DNA of 64,000 nt from an uncultured Clostridia bacterium (GTDB lineage: Bacteria > Bacillota > Clostridia > Christensenellales > UBA1242): the NCBI GenBank assembly GCA_905235475.1, contig CAJOLU010000005.1:72892-136891 (forward strand), written 5' to 3'. The notes under the pieces were generated by a model. The model ran no database searches and was not told where the DNA came from. It saw only the letters and a list, made by a program, of their open reading frames with translations. Shown piece by piece: positions 46,331-55,842 of this stretch (position 1 is its first letter; each line of letters begins with the position of its first letter). The translations under genes were made by a program, and so were the position numbers.

Positions 46331-47482
46331 TATGTTTTGAATAATTTTTAAATAACTCATTGCATCAACATCATTATTAACCAAGACATTGATTTCTTCA
46401 ATCAAAACACCATTATCAAGCACTTTGATTGTTCCAATCTTGTCACCCACTTTAAGTGGAGCTTTAATGCTTTCTGGAAGGCATAATTCAGCACTTATTG
46501 AACTTGTTTCTCCCTTCTTTACCACAACAGAATAATCTTTTTCAGCAAACACTTGAAGATCGTTTTCTTGTGCTTTTTCTAGCCTTATGTTTTCGCCTAG
46601 GTTCAAAGATTTATCAACAAGTTTCTTGCTCTCAAATGTGTTAAATCCATATTCTAACAATCTTCTACTTTCTGCAAACCTTGTTTTTCCACTGTCCGCA
46701 CCCAAAACAACACTAATTAAACGCATATTGCCGTTTTGTGCTGTTGCACACAAGCAATATCCAGCCTCGGCTGTTGAGCCAGTTTTTCCGCCATCGCATA
46801 AGTCATAAGTTTTTAATAATTTATTTGTGTTCGACATTGTTGTGATTCTTCCCTTTGGATGAGCAAAATCTTCCATCCATATTGAAGAAAGATTTAAATA
46901 TAAAGGATGTTTTAACACCTCTCTCATAACCATTGCCACATCTTGTGCAGAACTATATTGCATTGGCGCTGGAAGTCCAGTTGCATTTGCATAGTTTGTG
47001 TTTGTAAGCCCCAACTCTTTTGCTCTCTTGTTCATAAGGTTACAAAAGTCTGCCTCACTCCCTGAAATACTTTCCGCCAAAAGAACACTTGCGTCATTTG
47101 CCGAACATATGATTGCTGCCTTTAGTAAGTCTATCACTTTATATTCGCCACCTGCTTCCAAAAACACTTGTGAGCCTCCCATGCCAGCTGCGGTTTCACT
47201 TGCAGTGATCACTTGCTCCTCATCTAAAAGTTTGTTATCAATACTCTCCAAAGTTAAAAGAATTGTCATAAGTTTTGTTACGCTCGCAATTGGCATTCCT
47301 TCAGTTGAGTTATTTTCAGAAAGTATTTGACCAGAGTCATAATCCATTAACAAACTTGCCCTAACTTTTCCTTCTTGCGTTACAGCAAGGCATTTTGAAG
47401 TTGGCATAAACCCACCAAACAAAAACAATAAAGTCATAACACCAGCAAAAATTAAAACTGATAATTTTGAAATTCTTAACAT
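46310..47482 (-). CDS. D-alanyl-D-alanine carboxypeptidase (PBP5/DacB/DacF-like)
   Basis: Signal/TM N-terminus, SxxK (ASVTKLMT), SxN (CSAND) and KTG (GKTGST) motifs, and a C-terminal PBP5_C-like domain. Confidence 0.88.
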   Translation of the reverse strand: MLRISKLSVLIFAGVMTLLFLFGGFMPTSKCLAVTQEGKVRASLLMDYDSGQILSENNSTEGMPIASVTKLMTILLTLESIDNKLLDEEQVITASETAAGMGGSQVFLEAGGEYKVIDLLKAAIICSANDASVLLAESISGSEADFCNLMNKRAKELGLTNTNYANATGLPAPMQYSSAQDVAMVMREVLKHPLYLNLSSIWMEDFAHPKGRITTMSNTNKLLKTYDLCDGGKTGSTAEAGYCLCATAQNGNMRLISVVLGADSGKTRFAESRRLLEYGFNTFESKKLVDKSLNLGENIRLEKAQENDLQVFAEKDYSVVVKKGETSSISAELCLPESIKAPLKVGDKIGTIKVLDNGVLIEEINVLVNNDVDAMSYLKIIQNITKRWQI

Positions 47483-47534
47483 AAAATTTTCTCCTTTTTT
47501 GTTTTATGTTAAGCAATTTTTCTTTTTTTATTCT

Positions 47535-48179
47535 TTAAGCAACACCAATAAACAAAGCAGAGGTTATATGAGGCATAATAACACATTCCAAAATATATAA
47601 AGCACTAGCAAAAACACCCACCAAAAATAAAAGAGATTTATTTTCCTTTATAAAATGACCACTCAAAACTGAATATCCCGTGTTCTTTTGATTAAAGCAC
47701 CAAAACAAACAAACCGCCCCCAACATTAACAACAAAAATAACGCAAGCAAGTGAACTGGAAAGTATAACAAAATAACATTCACAACTCCACCAAACTTAT
47801 ATAATGAAATTAAAATAGCACAATTAATTCCAATTAAAAAGGAACGATATAAAAACACAAAAAAGGAAATCCAACACAAATAGCCCTTGGCGTTAACACA
47901 TATGATAAGTAAACACAGTCCCAAAAAGCCAAATAGCCTTGAAAAGAAAACAGATAAACCACTTGTTTTCTTGTTTATATAGAGTGCCAACACATTGTCT
48001 GGCAAATCAGATAAAGAAAAGTTATCTGCCCTATTAAACCCAACAACAAAGCCAACAATTAAGCCCGTCATAATAATTGCTATTAAAATTAGATATTCCC
48101 ATTTATATTGTGAAAAATGATCACCAATAGAATATTTGATAATTCCTTTTCGAGATAATGCACCATTCTTTTTAGTCAT
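47535..48179 (-). CDS. spoIIM: SpoIIM-like integral membrane protein
   Basis: 214 aa with ~5 TM segments. Size and topology match stage II sporulation protein M, and it sits beside the spo0A-like gene. Confidence 0.45.
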   Translation of the reverse strand: MTKKNGALSRKGIIKYSIGDHFSQYKWEYLILIAIIMTGLIVGFVVGFNRADNFSLSDLPDNVLALYINKKTSGLSVFFSRLFGFLGLCLLIICVNAKGYLCWISFFVFLYRSFLIGINCAILISLYKFGGVVNVILLYFPVHLLALFLLLMLGAVCLFWCFNQKNTGYSVLSGHFIKENKSLLFLVGVFASALYILECVIMPHITSALFIGVA

Positions 48180-48229
48180 ACTTATAAATATGATTATAAA
48201 ATAATGTTTATGTTATAAATAAATTTATT

Positions 48230-48925
48230 TTATATATATAAATTTAGATATTCACATATTAATTCTATAAAACAATTTGTGGTTGGAGGGGTTTTAAAAA
48301 ACTCCTCATGTATGCCAGTTCTTCGACTAAGTTCTTTTGTGTCTGCCTTTTTTAATGAACCAATAATCATAAGGCGAACAAGCCTTTCAACATTCTTGGG
48401 TGTTGTGTTATGCTTTTCCGCAACTTTTTCATAAATTTTAGACATTGGACATGTTTTATATTGATTTAGAAAAACGCTATACTTAATGCAATCTCGCAAT
48501 AAAATATATCCCCTAAACTTTGGTCTCATACCAAGAGTAATTAAATGTTGGTCAAGGTTAAAAATCTTATAGGAGTCAATACTTCTATTTAAAATGGAAT
48601 TAATTAAAACTTCCAATTCTTGATAGAATGCTCTTTTATAAACCAAATCTCCAGATTTATCAGCATCAAAAACAATAAAACTAACACCATTAAATATTGT
48701 TGATTGCAAATACTTATCTTCAATTATCTCATGAATATACTTATTGGACGATTTAATAATAACCAATTTTGCTTTTGAAATAATTATAGTGGAAATCAAA
48801 TTCCCCATATCAGTTGTGTTTTGAACAAAAAAATTATTTTTTCTTAATAGATTACTTATATCATAATCCATAAAACAATTATCTTCGTGATAATATATTG
48901 CGTTCAATATACATAACTCCTTCAT
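48230..48925 (-). CDS. spo0A: Spo0A-like sporulation regulator with an atypical receiver domain
   Basis: The C-terminal Spo0A_C signature is clear (GMRPKFRGYILLRDCI...KIYEKVAEKHNTTPKNVERLVRLMI...PTTNCFIELI). It lies immediately downstream of spoIVB, as spo0A does in Bacillus and Clostridium. The N-terminal ~115 aa are receiver-sized but degenerate. Confidence 0.7.
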   Translation of the reverse strand: MKELCILNAIYYHEDNCFMDYDISNLLRKNNFFVQNTTDMGNLISTIIISKAKLVIIKSSNKYIHEIIEDKYLQSTIFNGVSFIVFDADKSGDLVYKRAFYQELEVLINSILNRSIDSYKIFNLDQHLITLGMRPKFRGYILLRDCIKYSVFLNQYKTCPMSKIYEKVAEKHNTTPKNVERLVRLMIIGSLKKADTKELSRRTGIHEEFFKTPPTTNCFIELICEYLNLYI

Positions 48926-48946
48926 CTTTAACTTGATTTTACCACG

Positions 48947-49000
48947 ATTATTTTACAAAAGTCAACAATATTTTACAAAATTTTTCAATATTTTACAAAA
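48947..49000 (-). repeat. Three phased direct repeats upstream of the spo0A-like gene
   Basis: The 11-mer ATTTTACAAAA (+ strand) ends at 48960, 48980 and 49000, an exact 20-bp period. Copies 2 and 3 share CAATATTTTACAAAA, while copy 1 reads GATTATTTTACAAAA. In gene orientation the repeat is TTTTGTAAAATATTG. Confidence 0.85.
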
Positions 49001-49010
49001 TTTTAAAAAT

Positions 49011-50015
49011 TTATAACATCCAGTCAATATAAATGCCGAAACCTTTGGTTGAATCATTCGTAAAAACGTGAGTTACCGCACCAACAAGTTTTCCATTTTG
49101 AACAATAGGGCTACCACTCATACCTTGAACAATTCCACCAGTTTGAGCAATTAATTCTTTATCAGTCACCTTAAAGACTAAGCTTTTATCATTTGAAACA
49201 TTTTGATAGTTGGTCTTTATAATTTGAATGTCATATGCTTTCACTTCCCCACCCACAACAGAAGAATAGATTTGAGCATTTCCAGGCTTTATTGTTTTTC
49301 TTCCACCAATATCAACATATTTCGTTTTATCTTTGCAAAATGCACCATCAATTGTGCCAAAAACGCCATAATCAGTGTTTTTCACAACTTTTCCAATTGG
49401 TTTATTTTTTAAAATAACACCTTTTAGTTCTCCAGGCCTTCCTTTATATCCCTTCACAACAGACACAATGTCGCAAGAATAGATTTTCCCAGATTTCACA
49501 GATAAATTTTTTGTTTGCCCACCAACAGTTATTGGGTGGCCAAGGGAACCAAAGTAGCCAGTGCTAGGATTTATGTATGTTAAAGTTCCAACCCCACTTA
49601 TATCATCTTTCACCCAAACGCCCAAAATATATTTTTGAGATAACAAGTCAAACGCTGGTGTTAGATTAATCGAAAACTCCTCATTATTCCTATAATATGT
49701 AATATTAACAAGTCTTCCCCTATTTTTTCCGTTTAACAAATTTGAAATTTGCTGTGAAGAATAGATTTCTTCATCACAAATAGATTTTATAATATCACCA
49801 ACCTGAAAAACTTTGTTCACTTCCTCATTAACAGAAAGAACTGGAACACCGCAAGGCGTGTATTCAAAGCCAACAGTTTCTCCGCCCAAAATAACCTGCG
49901 ATACCCTATCTGTTTGCATTGCAAAAGAAAAGTTTGAAACAGCAACATCTGTTGAACACAAAAAAGCCACAAAACATAATAGAAAAAGCATAACATTTCT
50001 TATCACTTTAAACAT
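49011..50015 (-). CDS. spoIVB: SpoIVB peptidase (S55)
   Basis: N-terminal TM segment, PDZ-like region, and catalytic-serine motif GIVQGMSGSPIVQNGKLVGAVTH. Confidence 0.92.
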   Translation of the reverse strand: MFKVIRNVMLFLLCFVAFLCSTDVAVSNFSFAMQTDRVSQVILGGETVGFEYTPCGVPVLSVNEEVNKVFQVGDIIKSICDEEIYSSQQISNLLNGKNRGRLVNITYYRNNEEFSINLTPAFDLLSQKYILGVWVKDDISGVGTLTYINPSTGYFGSLGHPITVGGQTKNLSVKSGKIYSCDIVSVVKGYKGRPGELKGVILKNKPIGKVVKNTDYGVFGTIDGAFCKDKTKYVDIGGRKTIKPGNAQIYSSVVGGEVKAYDIQIIKTNYQNVSNDKSLVFKVTDKELIAQTGGIVQGMSGSPIVQNGKLVGAVTHVFTNDSTKGFGIYIDWML

Positions 50016-50083
50016 AAAAAACTATACTCCCATTTAAGTATAGTTTTGTGGCTTTATGCCAAAATTATGTATGAAATTTATAT

Positions 50084-51745
50084 TTAAGCTTTTAGTTGTT
50101 GCGCTTTTTGTTTAAGTTCTTTAGCATATGAGAAGGCAAATCCTTCACTAATTCCACCCGCAAGCCTTGCAATTTCAGCCAATTTTTGCTCATCATTCAA
50201 TTCAACAACCCTTGTTGAAGTTCTTTCTCCGCTTTCCTTAAACACCTTAAAGTGTTGGTCTGCCATTGCACCAATGCTGGCAAGGTGTGAAACAACAATA
50301 ACTTGTGAATGTTTTGCAATTTCACTTAGTTTTGTTCCAACAAAGAAGCCAACCTCTCCACCAATTCCGTTGTCTATCTCATCAAATATCATTGTGCTTG
50401 CTCCATTTTTATTTCCCATAACAGCCTTAAACGCAAGCATAAACCTAGACATTTCACCACCAGAAATAACACGAGAAAGTGGTTTTAGAGGCTCGCCCTT
50501 ATTAGCGGAAAACATAAATCTAACAATATCATTTCCATTTTTGGTGATATTTTCTGATTTGGTTATTTCCACCAAAAGTTTTGCATTTTGCATTCCAAGA
50601 TATGAAAGTTCATTTTTCATTTTATCTTGCAAAATTTGAGCATTTTTGCACCTTTGCTGTGTGATATCATCACAAAGGTTGTGTATAGTTTCCAAAAGTT
50701 TTTGTTTCTCTTCAGATAGTTTTTGACACTCATAATCACTGTTTTGCAAAAATTCAAGTTTCTTGCTAGCCTCACTTAAATACTCCATTGCACTTGCAAC
50801 TGTTCCACCATATTTTCTTTTAACATTTTTAATAACCGAAAGTCTTGCTTCAACTTCTTCAAACTCAATTTCACTAAAATTATAAGAATCCATAACAGAA
50901 CACAAACTTTCTTTAATGTCTTCAAGTTCAATTTGCACATTGTTAATTCTTTGTTGTTGCTCCGCAATTTGTGCATCGTCGCCACAAGCATTATTTAAAC
51001 TTTTACTAGCAAAACTTAGTGAAGAGAACACAGAAAATTCATCACTTCCATCAAAAGAAGATAAACAAGAATTAACGGCATCACAAACCTTTTGCACATT
51101 GAAAAACTTCTTTTGTTTTTCTAAAAGTTCTTCTTCCTCACCGTCTTTTAAATCAGCTTCTTCAAGTTCATTTATTTCAAACTCCAAAATATCAATTTCG
51201 CGTTGTCTTTTCCCCTCATCACCCCCAAGAGATTCAAGTTTTTTGTCAATCTCCGCAAGTTGTGCCAAAACGCCTGAAAGTTCTTCCAATTTTTCTGGCT
51301 TGTGTATTGCATCAACAAAATCTATATGGCTGTTTTCATTCAAAAGACATTGATGTTCGTGTTGACCATAAATATCAACCATTGTGCTAGTAAGCCTTTT
51401 GAGCATTGCGTTTGTGATGATTGAACCATTAACCCTTATTTCATTCTTACCATCAATTTTGAGTTTTCTTGTGATTAACAACTCATCAGTGCACTCAACA
51501 CCAATTTCTTCACAAACTTGTTTGGTTTTATCATTAACCAAAAACATTCCCTCAACTTGAGCAAAATTAGTTCCACTTCGAATGAAAGATTTATCAACCT
51601 TTTCTCCAATTAAAAAACTAATAGCATTAATTAAGATAGACTTTCCTGAACCAGTTTCTCCAGTGAATACAATCAAGTTATCTTTTAAATCCAAAGTTAA
51701 ATCTTCGATTAAAGCAAAATTTTGAACTCTAATTTTTGTTAACAT
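50084..51745 (-). CDS. recN: DNA repair protein RecN
   Basis: Walker A GETGSGKS, long coiled coil, signature SGGEMSR and Walker B MIFDEID. Start set at the ATG preceded by GAGGTGA (MLTKIRVQNF). Confidence 0.95.
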   Translation of the reverse strand: MLTKIRVQNFALIEDLTLDLKDNLIVFTGETGSGKSILINAISFLIGEKVDKSFIRSGTNFAQVEGMFLVNDKTKQVCEEIGVECTDELLITRKLKIDGKNEIRVNGSIITNAMLKRLTSTMVDIYGQHEHQCLLNENSHIDFVDAIHKPEKLEELSGVLAQLAEIDKKLESLGGDEGKRQREIDILEFEINELEEADLKDGEEEELLEKQKKFFNVQKVCDAVNSCLSSFDGSDEFSVFSSLSFASKSLNNACGDDAQIAEQQQRINNVQIELEDIKESLCSVMDSYNFSEIEFEEVEARLSVIKNVKRKYGGTVASAMEYLSEASKKLEFLQNSDYECQKLSEEKQKLLETIHNLCDDITQQRCKNAQILQDKMKNELSYLGMQNAKLLVEITKSENITKNGNDIVRFMFSANKGEPLKPLSRVISGGEMSRFMLAFKAVMGNKNGASTMIFDEIDNGIGGEVGFFVGTKLSEIAKHSQVIVVSHLASIGAMADQHFKVFKESGERTSTRVVELNDEQKLAEIARLAGGISEGFAFSYAKELKQKAQQLKA

Positions 51746-51756
51746 AAATCTCACCT

Positions 51757-51770
51757 CAAACATTTGTTCT
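51757..51770 (-). promoter_or_regulatory. LexA box B of recN
   Basis: Minus strand AGAACAAATGTTTG lies 6 nt downstream of the -10. It matches the lexA box at 13 of 14 positions. Confidence 0.65.
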
Positions 51771-51776
51771 AATTTT

Positions 51777-51805
51777 ATTATAGAACAAATGAACAAAAAA
51801 AGCAA
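51777..51805 (-). promoter_or_regulatory. recN promoter (TTGCTT-17-TATAAT) with LexA box A in the spacer
   Basis: Minus strand TTGCTT (51800-51805) and TATAAT (51777-51782). Box TGTTCATTTGTTCT (51782-51795) fills the spacer. Confidence 0.6.
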
Positions 51806-51844
51806 CTAATTTTTCATAGTTGCTTTAAATATTTTTAAAGATTT

Positions 51845-52300
51845 TTAACTTTCTAATATTTCAGATAACCTTGCACTAATCTTTGAAACAACACTTTGGT
51901 CATCAATAATCACCATAACAGTGTCTTCCCCATACACACAGCCCATAACATGTTCAATTCCCAGCCTATCAACAAAGTTAGAAACAGCACCCGCTGTGCC
52001 CTTGATTGTTTTAATCACAACAAGGTTGTTAATATATTTAACCCACATCACAGCTTCTCTAAAAATATTTGCAGACCTATTGTTTCCAACGCTGTCACCA
52101 TTACCCACAAAAGCATAACGATATTTTTTTGTCTCCCCAACAATTTTAATAAGCCCTAACTCTTTTATATCTCTTGAAACTGTTGCCTGTGTTACATCAA
52201 ATCCTGCTGAACATAATGATGACACCAGTTCTTCTTGTGTTTCTATTTCATTGTTTGTGATGATTTCAATTATCTTTGATTGTCTTAATGACCTTGCCAT
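51845..52300 (-). CDS. argR: Arginine repressor ArgR/AhrC
   Basis: N-terminal wHTH (QEELVSSLCSAGFDVTQATVSRDIKEL) and C-terminal oligomerisation domain (GTIAGDDT-like GCVYGEDT). Start at the ATG after GAGGGAAG. Confidence 0.9.
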   Translation of the reverse strand: MARSLRQSKIIEIITNNEIETQEELVSSLCSAGFDVTQATVSRDIKELGLIKIVGETKKYRYAFVGNGDSVGNNRSANIFREAVMWVKYINNLVVIKTIKGTAGAVSNFVDRLGIEHVMGCVYGEDTVMVIIDDQSVVSKISARLSEILES

Positions 52301-52408
52301 TTCTTCCCTCTCCAATTTTATGTATAAATGTATTATACATTAAAATTTATAATTATGCAATAGATTTATGCATAATTATTCAAAAATTTTTAAAATGGCG
52401 AAAACCCC

Positions 52409-53035
52409 CTATTTTACGGGCTTTTTTGGGGTTTTGTTTTTCAATTTTTTGGGATTTCTACTAAAAAGAGAAAGAAATTTACCCACAAAAAGGATTATTT
52501 TTGTGGAACTTGTGAGGGCAAAATTTTTGCCCAATGCCTTGCCCAAAACAGTAAGTGCAGCAATTATTGAACTCACAAAAGTGGAAAGAAATGCTCCACT
52601 TATGCTTGGCAGTTCTGATATGAGTATGATGGAAATTGCCACCCCGCTTGCACCACTCACAATGCTACAAATATCCCCCACAACATCTGTGCAAATTGAG
52701 GAAACTCTGTCGGCATTTTTCACAAGTTTGATTGACGCCTCCACTGCCCTACTATTTTTCTCATTCCTCATTCGCAAAAAAGGTTTTATGTTGCTGGCAG
52801 CAACCGCTACCCCAATCACATCAAAAACAACACTAACCAAAATAAGAAGCAAAACCAAAATGAGTTCCACTGCCAAATTGGCTTTGATTAACAAAAGGTG
52901 TGATATGATTGAAAACATAAAACAAAGAAGAAGGGAAACAGTGAATAGTTCCAAATACCAAAGTTTCCCTACAAACAATGTTTTCTTCTTTGTTAAAGCA
53001 CTAACTTTAATGTCTTTAGCATCAATTTCGTCCAT
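52409..53035 (-). CDS. Integral membrane protein of unknown function
   Basis: 208 aa with 4-5 TM segments. It is co-oriented with flanking xseB and argR. A mirror ORF on the + strand is judged an artefact. Confidence 0.5.
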   Translation of the reverse strand: MDEIDAKDIKVSALTKKKTLFVGKLWYLELFTVSLLLCFMFSIISHLLLIKANLAVELILVLLLILVSVVFDVIGVAVAASNIKPFLRMRNEKNSRAVEASIKLVKNADRVSSICTDVVGDICSIVSGASGVAISIILISELPSISGAFLSTFVSSIIAALTVLGKALGKNFALTSSTKIILFVGKFLSLFSRNPKKLKNKTPKKPVK

Positions 53036-53074
53036 ATAGTATTATATTATTTAAAACTATGTGATATCACTTTT

Positions 53075-53278
53075 TTAAAGTGGTTTTTCAGTCAATTTTT
53101 CAATTTCTTGTCTTAAAACAGTTATCTTGCCCTTGCTTTCATTTAGCATCTCATAACTAGTTTTTGATAGTTCACATGCCTCCAAAAACATTTTGTTCAT
53201 TTCTTCTAGTGTTGGTTTTCCTGATTCCATTTGTTTTAAAATTTCTTCAAGGCGTTTAACATTTTCTTCAAAAGTCAT
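53075..53278 (-). CDS. xseB: Exodeoxyribonuclease VII small subunit
   Basis: 67-aa helical protein (FEENVKRLEEILKQME) located directly after xseA. Confidence 0.9.
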   Translation of the reverse strand: MTFEENVKRLEEILKQMESGKPTLEEMNKMFLEACELSKTSYEMLNESKGKITVLRQEIEKLTEKPL

Positions 53279-54466
53279 CTATATATTCTCCTTATTGGTT
53301 ATTTTTGCGGTAAAGCAACCATCAGTGACAATTAGTTTAACATCATCTCCAATGTTTGCATCTTTCAGTTTGGCAACACGCTTTTCGCCGTTTTGTATTG
53401 TTGCATATCCCCTTTTGAGGATTGAAAGCGGATTATTTAGTTCAATCTTGCTTGTCAGCAAATCCAAATTTTTAATTTTATCTTGTAAAGCAATATCAAT
53501 TGTGTGTTTAAGCCCAACCAAAACTTTGTCAAATGGCTTCTGCTTCTTCTCTATATTCTTTTCCATATGTAGCCCAATTTCATCAAAGAGGTCAAAAACA
53601 TACTCTTTTTCATCTTCTAAAAAGAAAATAAATGTTTGCTCTATTTTTTGCGTTACACTAATAAAACGCTCAACAAACGCTCCAACATCGCTAGACACAA
53701 TTTCAGCTGCAGCTGATGGAGTTGGTGCACGCAAATCCGCCACAAAGTCTGCAATAGTGAAATCAGTTTCATGTCCAACAGCAGAAATAATAGGCTTATT
53801 TGCCGCATAAATTGCTCTTGCAACCACTTCTGTGTTAAAAGGCGACAAATCTTCAAGCGAGCCACCACCTCTAGCAACAATAATAACATCAACATCAGTT
53901 TCATCAAGCGCCGCAATTCCAGCACAAATGGTTTGCTCTGCTCCAACTCCTTGAACTTTGGCTGGATATAACAAAATGTTTAGCATTGGGTTTCTTCTAT
54001 GGCTAACATCAATAATATCTTGAATAACCGCACCCGTTTCAGAAGTTACAACTCCAATTTTCTTTATAACTTTTGGAAGTGCCTTTTTCTTACTTGCATC
54101 AAACAAACCTTCTTTTTCAAGTTTTTCTTTCATCTCAATAAATTGTTGATAAAGCAATCCAAGCCCATATGCCTTAATCTCACGAGCAACAAAACTAAGT
54201 TTTCCACCTTTTGAATAATAGTTTGGAGAACCCACAACAACAACCATATCTCCATCTTTTGGTGTGTATGGCATTTCTTCAATATTAAAAGAAACACAAG
54301 GCAAAAGTGACTCACTATCTTTTAAGTTAAAATAAGCCGTTCCCCTAGTCACACTAAACCCCGACACTTCTCCATAAATAGAAATATTGTGCAAGAGTTC
54401 CTCACTTGCAAAAATTTGCTTTATGTAGGTTGAATATTGAGTGACGCTAATCATATTTTCGCTCAT
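53279..54466 (-). CDS. xseA: Exodeoxyribonuclease VII large subunit
   Basis: OB-fold N-terminus, IGVVTSETGAVIQDI, and RGGGSLEDL. Confidence 0.95.
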   Translation of the reverse strand: MSENMISVTQYSTYIKQIFASEELLHNISIYGEVSGFSVTRGTAYFNLKDSESLLPCVSFNIEEMPYTPKDGDMVVVVGSPNYYSKGGKLSFVAREIKAYGLGLLYQQFIEMKEKLEKEGLFDASKKKALPKVIKKIGVVTSETGAVIQDIIDVSHRRNPMLNILLYPAKVQGVGAEQTICAGIAALDETDVDVIIVARGGGSLEDLSPFNTEVVARAIYAANKPIISAVGHETDFTIADFVADLRAPTPSAAAEIVSSDVGAFVERFISVTQKIEQTFIFFLEDEKEYVFDLFDEIGLHMEKNIEKKQKPFDKVLVGLKHTIDIALQDKIKNLDLLTSKIELNNPLSILKRGYATIQNGEKRVAKLKDANIGDDVKLIVTDGCFTAKITNKENI

Positions 54467-54861
54467 AAACTTTTCATAACTCCCGACAAAACACCATTAA
54501 CAAACTTAGGGCTTTTTTCAATTCCATATTTCTTGCTAATTTCAACCGCTTCATTAATAATAACTTGTTTTGGAGTTTTTGTGTGTAGCATTTCAAAAAC
54601 AGCAATTAGCAAAACAACTTTGTCTGTTTGATATAGTTGCGACAAAGTGTAACCTTTGAGGTTATCATTTAAAACAGCCAAAAGTTCATCTTTATTTTCT
54701 TGAACGCCCAAGCATATTTCTTCCAAAAACGCCAAGTCATCAGCGTCAAGGTTCCATTCCTTTTGCATTTCGTCTAGTGACATCTTGTAATCGAAACTTT
54801 CGTCAAAATTTAACCCAAACAAAACTTGATACGCTTTTTCTCTTGCAATTTTTCTACTCAT
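54463..54861 (-). CDS. nusB: Transcription antitermination factor NusB
   Basis: AREKAYQVLF and the FVNGVL C-terminal motif, 132 aa. Confidence 0.92.
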   Translation of the reverse strand: MSRKIAREKAYQVLFGLNFDESFDYKMSLDEMQKEWNLDADDLAFLEEICLGVQENKDELLAVLNDNLKGYTLSQLYQTDKVVLLIAVFEMLHTKTPKQVIINEAVEISKKYGIEKSPKFVNGVLSGVMKSL

Positions 54862-54914
54862 ATAACTCTCCCCTCACAAAAAAATAATCCCTCCAAAAAA
54901 TAGAGGGAATATTA

Positions 54915-55283
54915 TTATTTCTTCTCCGCAACAAAATCAACGCCCATCACTCTAACATTAATAGAACGAATTGGCATATTCATCATTGAGATAATTCCAC
55001 TTTTAACATTTTCTTGAACCCTAAAAGCCACATCTGAAACATTATAGTTCGAATAAATGTTGAGATAAACATCAACAACAAGTCCATCTTTAGTGTTTGT
55101 TACTTCAACACCCTCATAATAGTTCTTTGAAAACATTTTCTTCATAAAACTACCTTTAAAATTTGAGCAAAGAGAACTAACCCCGCTAATCTCTTTTGCT
55201 GCCAAATTTATGATTGATAGAAGTATTTTTTTGTTATATGTTACCAAACCATCACTTGCTGCTGACTGAGTTTTATAATTCAT
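54915..55283 (-). CDS. Asp23/Gls24-family alkaline shock protein (YqhY-like)
   Basis: Family pattern (AAKEISGVSSL, GLVVDVYLNI, NVRVMGV) and a position upstream of nusB as in B. subtilis yqhY. ATG at 55283 preferred over the GTG at 55304. Confidence 0.8.
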   Translation of the reverse strand: MNYKTQSAASDGLVTYNKKILLSIINLAAKEISGVSSLCSNFKGSFMKKMFSKNYYEGVEVTNTKDGLVVDVYLNIYSNYNVSDVAFRVQENVKSGIISMMNMPIRSINVRVMGVDFVAEKK

Positions 55284-55343
55284 AAATGCTATTCCCCTTT
55301 CCACTTATAATAAGAGTATAGCATATATTTTTTTTAAAGGCAA

Positions 55344-55826
55344 CTATTCAACGGGAATAATTTTGATATTATCAATAGATTTTGAGGTTTGTTCTTGAAC
55401 AACTTCAACAATTTGTGCAACTTGTTCGTCATTGAGTTCACTAGACTTAACCATAACATTAACATAGTTGTCTGTGAATGAAACAACGGCATCATTAAAT
55501 CCTTTCGCCAAAATGTAACCCTCTAGCACCAATTCTTGTTCTTGCCTAGCAGCCAAACTAGACAAACTTTTTTCTGCCTCTTTCTTTGCCTCTTCTGTTG
55601 AGTTTTCACTTTCTAACACTGCCTTATAATATAGCACTTGTTGTTCCCTTGATGAGTTCCTGTCAACTCTATAACTTTCAAAAAAACTTTGTGCCGATAT
55701 GTTTTGCTCCGTTGTTGATGTTGTTGAAATGGTTTGTTTGTTGAGTGTTAAGTTCAAAAATCCTGTTAAAACAAGAAGTGCAACCATTGACACCAACACA
55801 ACAATTTTCTTTTTCTTTGTGAACAT
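55344..55826 (-). CDS. spoIIIAH: Stage III sporulation protein AH
   Basis: N-terminal TM segment and C-terminal YscJ/FliF-like ring-building domain. It is the last gene of an eight-gene spoIIIA array. Confidence 0.8.
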   Translation of the reverse strand: MFTKKKKIVVLVSMVALLVLTGFLNLTLNKQTISTTSTTEQNISAQSFFESYRVDRNSSREQQVLYYKAVLESENSTEEAKKEAEKSLSSLAARQEQELVLEGYILAKGFNDAVVSFTDNYVNVMVKSSELNDEQVAQIVEVVQEQTSKSIDNIKIIPVE

Positions 55827-55842
55827 AATTTAATATCTCCTT

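Noticed and set aside
52368-53039. 223-aa + strand ORF almost exactly mirroring the 208-aa minus-strand ORF
   Set aside because: The + strand product is low-complexity, lacks an SD, and opposes the transcription direction of the surrounding xseB-argR block. The minus-strand product has regular TM helices. The + ORF is treated as a shadow ORF.
53193-53810. 205-aa + strand ORF, together with the other 60-145-aa ORFs nested in mutS, pheT, recN, spoIIIAE and xseA
   Set aside because: All lie antisense or out of frame within strongly supported genes. They have biased low-complexity composition and no ribosome-binding sites.
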